This document shows, in pieces, positions 12,511 through 22,898 of a stretch of DNA of 64,000 bases. Origin of the DNA: Macrostomum lignano (lineage: Eukaryota); assembly GCA_002269645.1 (NCBI GenBank), contig NIVC01000984.1, forward strand, positions 186,001 to 250,000, read 5' to 3'. The notes under the pieces are model-generated. The model worked only from the letters and a program-made list of their open reading frames with translations. It was not told the origin of the DNA and made no database searches. The position numbers and the translations under genes are program-made. Position 1 is the stretch's first letter. Every line of letters begins with the position of its first letter.

Positions 12511-15155
12511 GCACCAACACCAACAGTCGCAGCAGCAGCCTCAGCCTCCAGTCCAGGCGGCTGTCCCCAGTAGCGCAGCGGATTCGCCGCTAGACCTGAC
12601 AATTCCCAAAGCTGCCGTCGCGTCGCTAGCCAAGGCGAACGGACCGGCGACTTTGTCGGCGTCCGTCTGCGGCCCGGTGCCACTGGATTTGTCCTACAAT
12701 TCTGGCAGGTCGACTGGCGCATCGAGGATCGATCGGTCGCGTAAGCAGCGTCGCTCTTTGCCGCCATCGATGCTGACGGCTCCGCAGCAGCAGCGACAGC
12801 AGGGGGTGCCGATACTCAGCCCGCTGCTCTTCCCCAGCCCGACTCTGCCAACAACGACGTCAACGTCTGCAGCAGCTCCGGCTTCGTCCAGCTCAGTCGG
12901 CGTCCATCATCAGCTGGCCGATCATCTGCCCCGTGTGGACGCCTCGCCGGAGCCTCCAGGCGTCCCGGGCTGCTCAGATTCGCAGCATTCGGCGTCAGGA
13001 GCCGTCGACGATCCTAGCGGCGGCCGCGGCGGCCGCCAGCCGGTGACCACCTGCCACCAGTGTGGCCGCGGCTTCGTCTGCCAGGGCGACATGAACGCCC
13101 ACTTCGAGCTGGAGCACCTGGCCGCGCTAATGGGCGAATTCGACCATGGCAAGTCTTGGAAATCCTCCGCCGTGGAGAACAAGGAGCTCAACGTTGAGGC
13201 GACCATGGTGCGGCTGGAGAACGGCGACACAATCGGGTTCAAGTGCCCGAGTGCGACTACTTTGCTAAGTGGCCCACCGAGCTGCAGAAGCACATCATGG
13301 TGCACTCCAGCGCCAGGCCGCACGTGTGCGTCGTCTGCGGCTGCACCTACAAGTGGAAGTGGGACCTCGGCAGACACTTCGACCGATCGCACGAGTCGGC
13401 CGCAATGCCCAATCCGTATAAGAAGAACTCAGCCAGGCCGTCCAGCGGCGGCGGCGGCGGCTACCCGAGCAGCGCATCAGCGGCTGCGACCTCCTCGATA
13501 GGCCGGTCAACTCCAAGGGCGCCGCGTCAAAGTGGCGGCAGCGGCAGTAGCCGTCTGGCTTCTCCATCGGCTGGCGGCTCAACGACGGCCGAGCTGCTGG
13601 CGTACTATTCCACTCCAGCCCGGTCCGCTGCCATGGCTGCCGCTGCTGCGTCTGCCGCTGCCGCCGCCGCCGCAGCTGCCGTCGGTGAGGCCGCTGTGTC
13701 CGCCGCGGCGTCGCCGTCTGAGCCCCGAGAATTGTCGCCTCCGCCTCCGCGGCTGGTGCTGAAGTCCGAGGATGAAGACGGCGTCAATAATGACTCACAG
13801 CTGCAGCAGCAGCTCGCCTGTCCTATCTGTGGCGCACAGGTGAGTACCACTCATTTGGGGGAGGGGGGGGGGTGAAATCCCAAACTTCACAATCCCCAAA
13901 CTTCACAATTCTCCAAACTTCACAATCCCCCAAACTTTACAATCCCTAAAACTTCACAATCCTCCAAACTTCACAATCCCCAGACTTCATAATCCCCAAA
14001 CTTCACAATCCCCAGACTTCACAATCCCCAAACTTCACAATCCCCAAAATTCACAATCCCTAAACTTCACAATCCTCCAAACTTCACAATCCCCAAACTT
14101 CACAATCCCCAAACTTCACAATCCCCAGACTTCACAATCCCCAAACTTCACAATCTCCAAACTTCACAATCCCTAAACTTCACAATCCCCAAACTTCACA
14201 ATCCCCCAAACTTCACAATCCCCAAACTTCACAATCCCCCAAACTTTACAATCGCCAAACTTCGCAATCCTTCAAACTTCACAATTCCCCAAACTTCACT
14301 GTTAGCTCGAATGTACAATATACAATTACGATATACAATATACAACACGTTATCAAATTTGCAGACTCGCTGGCCGGACGAGCTGAAGACTCACGTTGTC
14401 GGGCACAGCGAGTTCCGGCCCTACCGCTGCAGCGGCTGCCCCTTCGCCAGTCGCGAGCGCTCCGAAGTTGTCGCTCACATCGAAGCCTCCTGCTGCGAAC
14501 CCGCTGGCGCCGGGCACCACCCAGCCGACTCGACGGTGCTGTGCGAGCCGCCGCCGCTCCTCGTCGGGGTGTTCGCCGACGGCGCCGAGGTGGCCGACTA
14601 CGCAGAGAGGGCCGCTAGGTGGCAGCGGTTGCAGCAGTTCGATGGCGATGACGAAGAGGACGAAGCAGCAACGGCCGGAGAAGCAGAAGAGGCGAATGAC
14701 GACTCGAGAGATGAAGATGCCAAGGTGAGACTTGGTGAGCCTGTGCACTGTTGCTTCCCTTTATAGCCTTATATCTTCATAAGTGGTTTGATTTCTGCTC
14801 ATGAAGCTCTTCTAGTTTAGATTCATTTCTGCTCATAGAGCTGTTCTAGTTTAGGTTCATTTCTGCTTATAGAGCTGTTCTGTTCATTTCTGCTCATTTA
14901 AATGTTCTACAGTTCCATAGCTAAAAATCGAAGGCTAACATCAAGTTCCGTCACCTTTACCAGGCCACTTCGCTGCTCAAATCAGAGCCCGGCTCGCCAG
15001 CAGAAGCTCCATCTTCCTCGGTCAGGGAGCCGCCTGAGATGCCCCGAGTTGGCAGTCCAACCGTTGCCAAGCGGCTTGACGCGCCGCGGTCTTGTGACAG
15101 CAGCAGCAGCAACAGCGGCAGCGGCGGCTCTAAAGAGCTTGCAAATCAATTTTAA
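10508..15155 (+). CDS. PolyQ C2H2 zinc-finger transcription factor with two CtBP-binding motifs; 4 exons 10508-10673, 11991-13839, 14365-14724, 14964-15155; 1-nt frameshift at ~13247
   Basis: Phase-compatible GT-AG junctions (CAG|GTAAGA 10674, TACAG| 11990, CAG|GTGAGT 13840, TGCAG| 14364, AAG|GTGAGA 14725, CCAG| 14963). One finger is split across intron 2 (CPICGAQ|TRWPDELKTHVVGH). Other fingers: CHQC..HFELEH, CPECDY..HIMVH, CVVC..HFDRSH, CSGC..HIEASC. PLDLT and PLDLS motifs present. Confidence 0.85.
11281..11798. repeat. 23-bp minisatellite GAGAGGGGCGCCATAATATACAC (with GGGCCAGG insert variants) in ZF intron 1
   Basis: About 20 units. Confidence 0.95.
13876..14300. repeat. 16/17-bp minisatellite CCCCAAACTTCACAAT in ZF intron 2
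   Basis: About 26 units. Confidence 0.95.
14791..14900. repeat. ~34-bp repeat TTTCTGCTCATAGAGCTGTTCTAGTTTAGGTTCA in ZF intron 3
   Basis: 3-4 degenerate copies. Confidence 0.8.
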
Positions 15156-16800
15156 CTAGCAAGGCTGCTTGAACAGACAAAAAGACACTGTATGTCCGAT
15201 TCTTTGTTATCTTTTCCCACGGCTTAATATTATTATTTTTGCCCTCAGAAACATTGAAAACTTGTTCTTGCGAATCCTGTCGTTCTTCCCGTCTTGGTTT
15301 GCGCTCTTTGTGCGGCACATACAACCTGTACATACAGGCATGTAATTTTTGTTTCCGAGCAGACTAATTAATTGCTGTATGCTGTAAAAGATGAAAACTG
15401 TAAAACAAATTTTACCGGCGAAATCTGACACGACGTATGCTCACTGTTAAGGTCTTGGCTTCCTTTCCTCCCCCCCGATCCTGTTGCTGGCTGCAGCCGC
15501 ATTCTAGGACGCCCCCCCGATACACCAGAGAACTGTTCCCATTCCCCATCTTTGTTTACATGTGCCTTTTTGCATGTTTACATCTATCAATAGACGCGTG
15601 CGCAGCCTCTGTTTAGCATTGAAACAATTCCGCGAACGTCCGCAACTAGGAAGTTTTTGGTGCTTGCAAAAATATTATATCATTTCTATTCTCTCTTTTT
15701 TGTCCATGCACGCACGTACATGTTATGCAGCCACCCGCTACTGTAGCAATGTGTTTTGCACCTGTGTGTATCCAAAAATACAGTGAAATTGCTTTGCGTT
15801 CAATAGTTTACATGGAAACCATAGATACATATGCAGGCTTAAACAAATATTGATAGTGTTTTTCTCAATTAAATTCATAATAGGTCATCAAAGCACTGAT
15901 ATGATTGCTGCAACACTCATACAAGGTCCAGAGGGGGGAAATAGGAATTGAAAAGGGAGGCCCATTGAAAACGTTACCGTGACAAGAATTGCTAGAGTCA
16001 TTGCTAACAACAATCTATACTAGCGACTCTTGTGACTCAAACGATTGTGTAATGCGACTGTTGAGTCGACACGAGCGCATCACGCGAGTTGAAGAATCGT
16101 AAGAGTGGCGAAAAGGTCATCAAAAATTGTTGTATTAGCGCTTAACTTTCTACTAACTCGAGTAGACTAAATAGACCTGTTATAAATTCAAAATGCGATT
16201 CTAATTTATGATCTGACGCAGATGCGCTTAGCGTATTTGCGACGCCACGCAACTCAGCGATTCTACAGCGACTCTGGCCCCAGAGTCGTGGGGGCGTCGC
16301 CCCGGAGTCAATCTGCATCAATTCAATTGGTTTAAATTGCAGATTAAACGACTTGAAGGCAGCAAGTTTCTTAGAATCAATCACGCACTTTCTCCCAAAG
16401 CCGGAACTGCCGGACTCTGCGCGGCGGTGCTGCCGAGGCTAGCGGGGATCCCTTCAACATCAGTTTTTATTGTTTGTTGAAAAAAGAGAACCAAACACAA
16501 ACGAACAAGTAAACGGTAGGACAAATATGACAGAACACAATAAAAAACATTTAGTAAGCAGAAGCACACAGAACAGTTGAGAAGTCTTACAGACAAGCAA
16601 TTGCTGCTTTTAAAAAGAGAGAATAGAGAACGCACACACTAGTCAAAGCAAAGTGTTAAATAATTAAAGTTTTTTGTCAAAATTACATAGAGGTTTTGCA
16701 CGGGAGACAAACTGAACAAAACAAACTAGAAGCAGAAATCGGAAAAATAAAAAGAAATATTTATTTTGAAAAAACTGAAACAAAACGCGGTTCTGTACAT

Positions 16801-16935
16801 GCAGGGGGATTAATAGATAAGAGCCGGCCCGCGAAGTCTCTCTATGCGGCCCTCAGGTTCTTTGAAACTGCCCAATAGCAATCCGGGTTTTTTCTTCTCA
16901 TCTCAGTTCTCTCCTCTCTCCCCTCTTCTCTCTTT
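16801..16935 (+). mobile_element. Partial copy of hAT-like MITE family
   Basis: CCGGCCCGCGAAGTCTCTCTATGCGGCCCTCAGGTTCTTTGAA and CAATAGCAATCCGG plus a CT-rich tract match the reverse complement of 30030-30330. Confidence 0.55.
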
Positions 16936-16964
16936 TATCTGCCCTCATTGGGGATAGCAGCCAG

Positions 16965-17770
16965 GGTAAAAAACCTTAGAGGGTAGCGACCAGGGTAGAA
17001 CACCTTAGACAGAGGATAGCGGCCTGGGTAGAACACCTTAGACAGAGGATAGCGGCCTGGGTAGAACACCTTAGACAGAGGATAGCGGTCTGGGTAGAAC
17101 ACCTTAGACAGAGGATAGCGGCCTGGGTAGAACACCTTAGACAGAGGATAGCGGCCTGGTTAGAACACCTTAGACAGAGGCTAGCGGTCTGGGTAGAACA
17201 CCTTAGACAGAGGCTAGCGGCCTGGGTAGAACACCTTAGACAGAGAATAGCGGCATGGGTAGAACACCTTAGACAGAGGATAGCGGCCTGGGTAGAACAC
17301 CTTAGACAGAGGATAGCGGCCTGGGTAGAACACCTTAGACAGAGGATAGCGGCCTGGGTAGAACACCTTAGACAGAGGATAGCGGCCTGGGTAGAACACC
17401 TTAGACAGAGGATAGCGGCCTGGGTAGAACACCTTAGACAGAGGATAGCGGCCTGGGTAGAACACCTTAGACAGAGGATAGCGGCCTGGGTAGAACACCT
17501 TAGACAGAGGATAGCGGCCTGGGTAGAACACCTTAGACAGAGGATAGCGGCCTGGGTAGAACACCTTAGACAGAGGCTAGCGGCCTGGGTAGAACACCTT
17601 AGACAGAGGCTAGCGGCCTGGGTAGAACACCTTAGACAGAGGATAGCGGCCTGGGTAGAACACCTTAGACAGAGGCTAGCGGCCTGGGTAGAACACCTTA
17701 GACAGAGGCTAGCGGCCTGGGTAAAACACCTTAGACAGAGGCTAGGGTGGAAAACCAGACAGGGTAGCGA
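16965..17770. repeat. 33-bp minisatellite CTTAGACAGAGGATAGCGGCCTGGGTAGAACAC
   Basis: About 23 near-identical units. Confidence 0.95.
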
Positions 17771-18180
17771 CTTTAATAGACTCATAATTACATTTTTAAA
17801 TACATTGAGCGAGAAGCGAACGACGATAAAAAGTATTATATAATTGCAAACTTGATACTTTATTAATTAAAGTAGATTATGTAATTGTAAAAACAGAGCA
17901 GCAATATACCGGAAACCAACAATGACCATGGGCGCGTGCACACAAAGCGAGAATTTAAAGAATAGTAAAAAATTAAATTTCATACATCAATGTTGGCGAA
18001 TGATTGGGTATTAATGGGGAGTTTATCATTTTTGCTAATCAACTAATACTTAGATAAATTTGGGAATAAACACACACATATACATATATATATATTTCAC
18101 AAATCCACGTACAGATAAGATTACACAACAGAAATCCATAGCTTAGAAAATCTGAATAAGAAAATATAGATTTATTAGTT

Positions 18181-18182
<2 letters not shown>

Positions 18183-18233
<51 letters not shown>
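18183..18233. repeat. (CA)n microsatellite
   Basis: Direct reading. Confidence 0.95.
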
Positions 18234-18235
<2 letters not shown>

Positions 18236-19003
18236 TCAGACATACACGGTGTCAACGGTGGGAAAAAGCGATAGCGTAAAAAATATTGTAATACGAAAAA
18301 GAAGAAACAGGCGCAAAACTGCTAGCAGTAGTAGTAGTAGCAGCGCGTCAACTAAAATTGGGTAGAAAAACAGAAAAAAAAACAAAAAATGTTTTTTTTG
18401 ATCAGAAGCAAAAGATTTTTAATTTTCAGTTTTACACAGAGACGCGCGATTATGTGTAGATCATATTTATAAGGGTAATGCAGCATTGGCCCAAATCAAT
18501 TGGGGCGCATGCGGACCCGCTGAGCTGAGAGTGTCCAACTTATCTAATTTCCGCTACGTTATGTTACTAACAGTAGTCTGTTGAGAAGTAACATAAATTT
18601 GTATAGATTGAAGGCGTTCTGCGTGCGGCAATCTTTATTCTGCTCCCACCAGGCCCAATATGCATATGAAAACAAATTAATGAGTGAAAAAAATAATAAG
18701 ACAAACTATACGAACAACTTCTGATGAAAAAATCAAAATATAACACAAAAGTACAGTTATATGAAGAGAAGAGTTCAACAATCAACAAATAGTTAATATA
18801 ACTGGCATTACAAAATCACACACGCACACACCTAGAGCTCAAAATAGGGACTGCACACTGCCAAATATTTGGTTTTAAACATTTTAGCAAAGAAGAAACC
18901 AATGTAAAGATTAACTTCCATAGTATCCTTACTGATAGTAAGCAGTGCATTCAAATTAAAGATGATATTTAACAAAACTAGTACTAGTTCAAATTCAACA
19001 TAA

Positions 19004-20105
19004 TTAAGAGGGCGAGTTGCCTTCCAGTTCGCGTTTCTCATAGTGACTAAAGTCGTCAAAGATGCTGGTACTGTGCCTATAGGACCTGATGATGCCGAAC
19101 ACCTGGCGGCCCTGCTCAATAGGCACGTTTGTGCAGTCGCGAGAATTAGTCACCGGCTTGTTCTCGTTAGTTGCCACCCGGACGTGGCGCAATTGACTAT
19201 TTGGCACGTCCTTAACGTAAATCCATTTGATTTTGAACTCGCCAAGCCATTTATCCTGGCACCAGACGCCAGCATTTTTATTAACGTCAACCTGCGTTAT
19301 CATCTGGGCTACGCCGCAGAAATGGCCGGACCCGTTCACTGAGAAAAGCAGATAGACTCGGCCGCCACGATTCGCTGTCCGACTGAAAGCGCCGTTGAGC
19401 ACCTCGTTGCCGCGCTTTGTACTGCACCAAATCGAATATTTAATAGCTCGATGAATATCGTCTTCGCTGTAGCTTTTAATAACGTAGAACTCTGAGTTGT
19501 CTGGCACGTCGTGCTTAGCCGGATTAATGTCCTGCTCAAGCTGGCGCAGCTGCTCCTCCGATGCAGCCGGCACGGGCTCCAGCGATTGCAACTGGCCACG
19601 ATTGCCAGATGCTGGCTGCTGCTGCTGCTGGTATTGCGGCACGTAGCCCTGACCTGGAGCCATGGAAGCCGCATTGCCGCGAGCCGGCTGCTGCTGTTTC
19701 CCAGCGGCGTGACCTACAACCAGGCCGCCAGTGCCTTTGCCTAGCGCCTTCGGATTGCCAGCCTTGTTGCCAATAGCAACCGGCACGGCCACTGGCTCGC
19801 CGGGCGCCGAGCCGCCAGACGCCGGTTTTTGAGCACCGCCGCTGGGTCCGACAGGCGCCTGAGAGGCGGCAATTTTGGCCCAAGTTTTTGGAGCGGCAGC
19901 GCCGGCTGTCGACGTGCTCAACGCTGGGAAGTCGACAGCTGAACTGTCGGATTGTTGCTGCTGCTGTTGAACGCTAAGACCGGCGATGCCCTGCTCAAGG
20001 ACCGCCACCGAGTCCGCCGTGCCGTTGTTAGCGGACTGCGCGCCGGCTACAGCGGAGGCGGCTGTAGCAGCGGGCTGGTGCGGCATCGGCGCGTAGCCAG
20101 CAGGA

Positions 20106-20143
<38 letters not shown>

Positions 20144-20506
20144 ATGCGCGTAGCCGGGCCACACAGTCAAGTCGCCACTCTCGAAGCTGTTAGCAGCCGC
20201 GGCGGCTGCGGCAGCTGCAACGGGATTCCACATGCCGCCACCGTATCCGGTCTGATGCGGCGAGGCCTGCATATAGCCGGGGTAGCCGTACGAGTTGCCC
20301 TGATAGTAGCCCTCGGGGCTGTACTGCTGCTGCTGGGCGTAGTCGGCCGCCGGAGCGCCGGTTGACCAAACGGATCCAACGTCGACGCCGATTTGGCCGC
20401 CAGAGTAAGCAAAATTCTGCATCAGATAGGGCGCCTGGTGTTGACTGTAGTCTCCCATGGTCTGCTTGTTTAGCATCCGTTCTGTTAGGTTCAAGTCTGC
20501 ATGCAT
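19004..20506 (-). CDS. ythdf: YTH domain family (YTHDF) cytoplasmic m6A reader
   Basis: C-terminal YTH domain: [92 protein letters not shown] low-complexity N-terminus as in DF-type proteins. Start uncertain (ATG at 20506, 20476 or 20458; frame open to 20590). Confidence 0.93.
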
Positions 20507-21743
20507 TTCATAAAAAGAGTTGCTTAGATGAGACAAACCTTTGAAGCTTGACGGGATGGATGGAAGTCGGCTTGGTCTCCATTCGAACACCCCATAATCA
20601 CAGCAGCAAAATCTTATTGCTTATCTCACTCAGACAAACTTTGCTGGGAAAGTTTGCTATCAAAAACAGCAATTTTACATAGTCACTATCCTATTCTATA
20701 AAATTAGATTTTTTAAAATAGATGCTGTCTCTTGCTAATAATTTTTTTATTTAACTAATTGCAAAGATACATTTTTGTGAATAGTGGTATATAAGTAGGT
20801 GTATAATATATATAGATATGACCAATATACAAATTAGTATAAATAATTTATTGTCCATTGACAACTATACAGTGTATATAGTAAATGCTATATGTAGGTC
20901 TATACATGTGCAATAGCCAGCTGGCTGGCAAGGGGCCAAGCCAAGGTAAGTCACAAAAAATGCCTATCCAAATAATATAGATGTAGCACTAGTTAGATGA
21001 CAAGGCATCTAGCCTTAAGTCAAAGTTACTACTGTTGTTTACCCAAAATTATATTAATTTTTGCTGAGGTTTTTTTATAGGTAAGTCACATTTTTGGTCA
21101 AAGAGTAAGTTGCACTACCAGTATAAATCAGGGGGTTGCACATGTATGTGTTGGTCTAGACCCAAAACTCTTACCCTATGCCTGTGTGAACAATAAACCA
21201 AAAAATGTTGTTCTTTTAGAGTTAAGACCTAGGTCTTTTTAGTCAGTGATACTTGGGGCACAGAATGGCATATTTAGAAAACAAATTTAAATATTTAAAC
21301 AAAAGAGCCAAGCACATCAATAAGATATAATTATTTATCACTTCTATTACTAGACATTAAAGGCAGTGAGAAACTAAAAATTGTAAATAATTTTTGGAAT
21401 GTTTGGAAATTAAATATAAATAATTGAATATAGTATACTTGAAATAATTTGATGTTTTTTCTTTCTGTGATAGGGGGCATAGGCCTCAATTTCTACTTTT
21501 TAGAAAGTTGCATTTTAAAATATTACTATTGTTATATTACACAAATATAAGAAATATTTCTTATATTCAATATATTCAATATATTATTTATATCATTGTT
21601 TGTTTTAAAAAGTTATAGAAAAATTTTACTATAAAAAGAAGCCAGTTGAAAGCCAAGAAAAATAAACTTGTTTTCTGTTCCTCTTCTTGTTTAGTTTTTC
21701 AAAGCTTTTTTACTTTGTATACTCTACTAGATATTCTTGGTCC

Positions 21744-21845
21744 TGCCGCATTTGGCCGCCGCAGCAGTTAAGCGCGGCTCTCCACTCTCACCACGAGGAG
21801 GTAGCGGCATTTATCTGCACCGTGGTGCAAATAAATTAAGACTGC
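21744..21845 (-). ncRNA. HDV-like (delta-like) self-cleaving ribozyme
   Basis: Minus strand: P2 UGCCGC/GCGGCA, P3 ACC/GGU, L3 UCCUCGU, P1 3' strand GAGAGU then GG (P1.1), P4 GCCGC..GCGGC, J4/2 C-AAA (C at 21754), 12-bp J1/2 hairpin. The P1 5' strand pairs only imperfectly. Confidence 0.8.
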
Positions 21846-21911
21846 AAATAAATTAAGACTGCAAATAAATTAAGACTGCAAATAAATTAAGACTGCAAAT
21901 AAATTAAGACT
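21827..21911. repeat. Five exact copies of GCAAATAAATTAAGACT at the inversion junction
   Basis: Copies start at 21827, 21844, 21861, 21878 and 21895. Confidence 0.97.
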
Positions 21912-21917
21912 GCTGTC

Positions 21918-22898
21918 ATGGCGCTGTACCACGGCACGACGGCTGCTGTCTCAACACCGGACGGCCTATCGGATTTCTTCGAGACATCCTCCGGGGTGCT
22001 CCAGGGAGATACGCTAGCGCCGTTCCTATTTATTCTGGTGCTTGACTGGGTGCTACGGACTGCTCTGCCTTCCAACGACGACGGCTTCCTGCTGCGGTGA
22101 CGCGTGGGTCGACGCCAACCGGAGAGACGGCTCAGTGTGCTTGGCTACGCCGATGACCTCGCCCTGCTGTCCTCGACCGTCGAGGGCGCCCAACGACAGC
22201 TGGATAGGCTGGTTGCCGTTGCGGCGAGCGTCGGCCTGGTGGTCAACACGCAGAAGACCGTCGTGCTATGCGTGCCGGACGACACCGAGGCTGCAATCTT
22301 CTGCCGAGGCGCTGACGGACAGGCGAGTGAGCTTCCAAGATGTCAGCAGTTTGTCTACCTCGGCGGTCTGGTTCCCGACGTCCGCGAGGATCTGCGGCGT
22401 CGCCGTGGACTTGCTTGGGCTGCCTTTCGTTCTAAAAGGTCAGTCCTGCAGTCTGAGGCCCTACCGGACCGCCAGAGGGCGGCGCTGTTCCAGGCGGTGA
22501 TCGAGACCGTCCTGTTATACAACACCGAGACCTGGACGCTGACAGACTCGCTCGAGGCTCAAGTCGACGCGGCGCACGCTGGCCTGCTGCGCGCCGCCTT
22601 CAAGATCGGCAATGAGCGAGTCACCAACACGGCGCTCTATCATCGCGCCGGCCTGGCCCGTCCTAGCGATCTGCTGCGCCGTCGGCGACTCCAGCTGGCA
22701 GGCCACGTCATCCGCGCCGAGGCCTACTGTCCGGAGCCGGTGCAGGAGGTGCTGCTACTTACGTTGCAGGCACCCTACCGGCGGGGACAGGCGAGGACTC
22801 GGCGCTACGTCGACTGTCTGCTGGCTGACGCCGGCGCCCCGGACTCTGCCGGCGGTGCGGCTTTTGTTCGCGCCCAAGCTTTGAAGCGCACCATCTGA
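21918..22898 (+). pseudogene. Truncated RTE reverse transcriptase (C-terminal part) with in-frame stop
   Basis: ORFs 21918-22100 and 22104-22898 share a frame, separated by TGA at 22098-22100 (likely CGA>TGA). Confidence 0.9.

Noticed and set aside
11971-13762. Alternative-frame and antisense ORFs over the ZF, ythdf, robo and GPCR exons
   Set aside because: Expected shadows of GC-rich coding sequence; the chosen frames carry the domains and splice phases.
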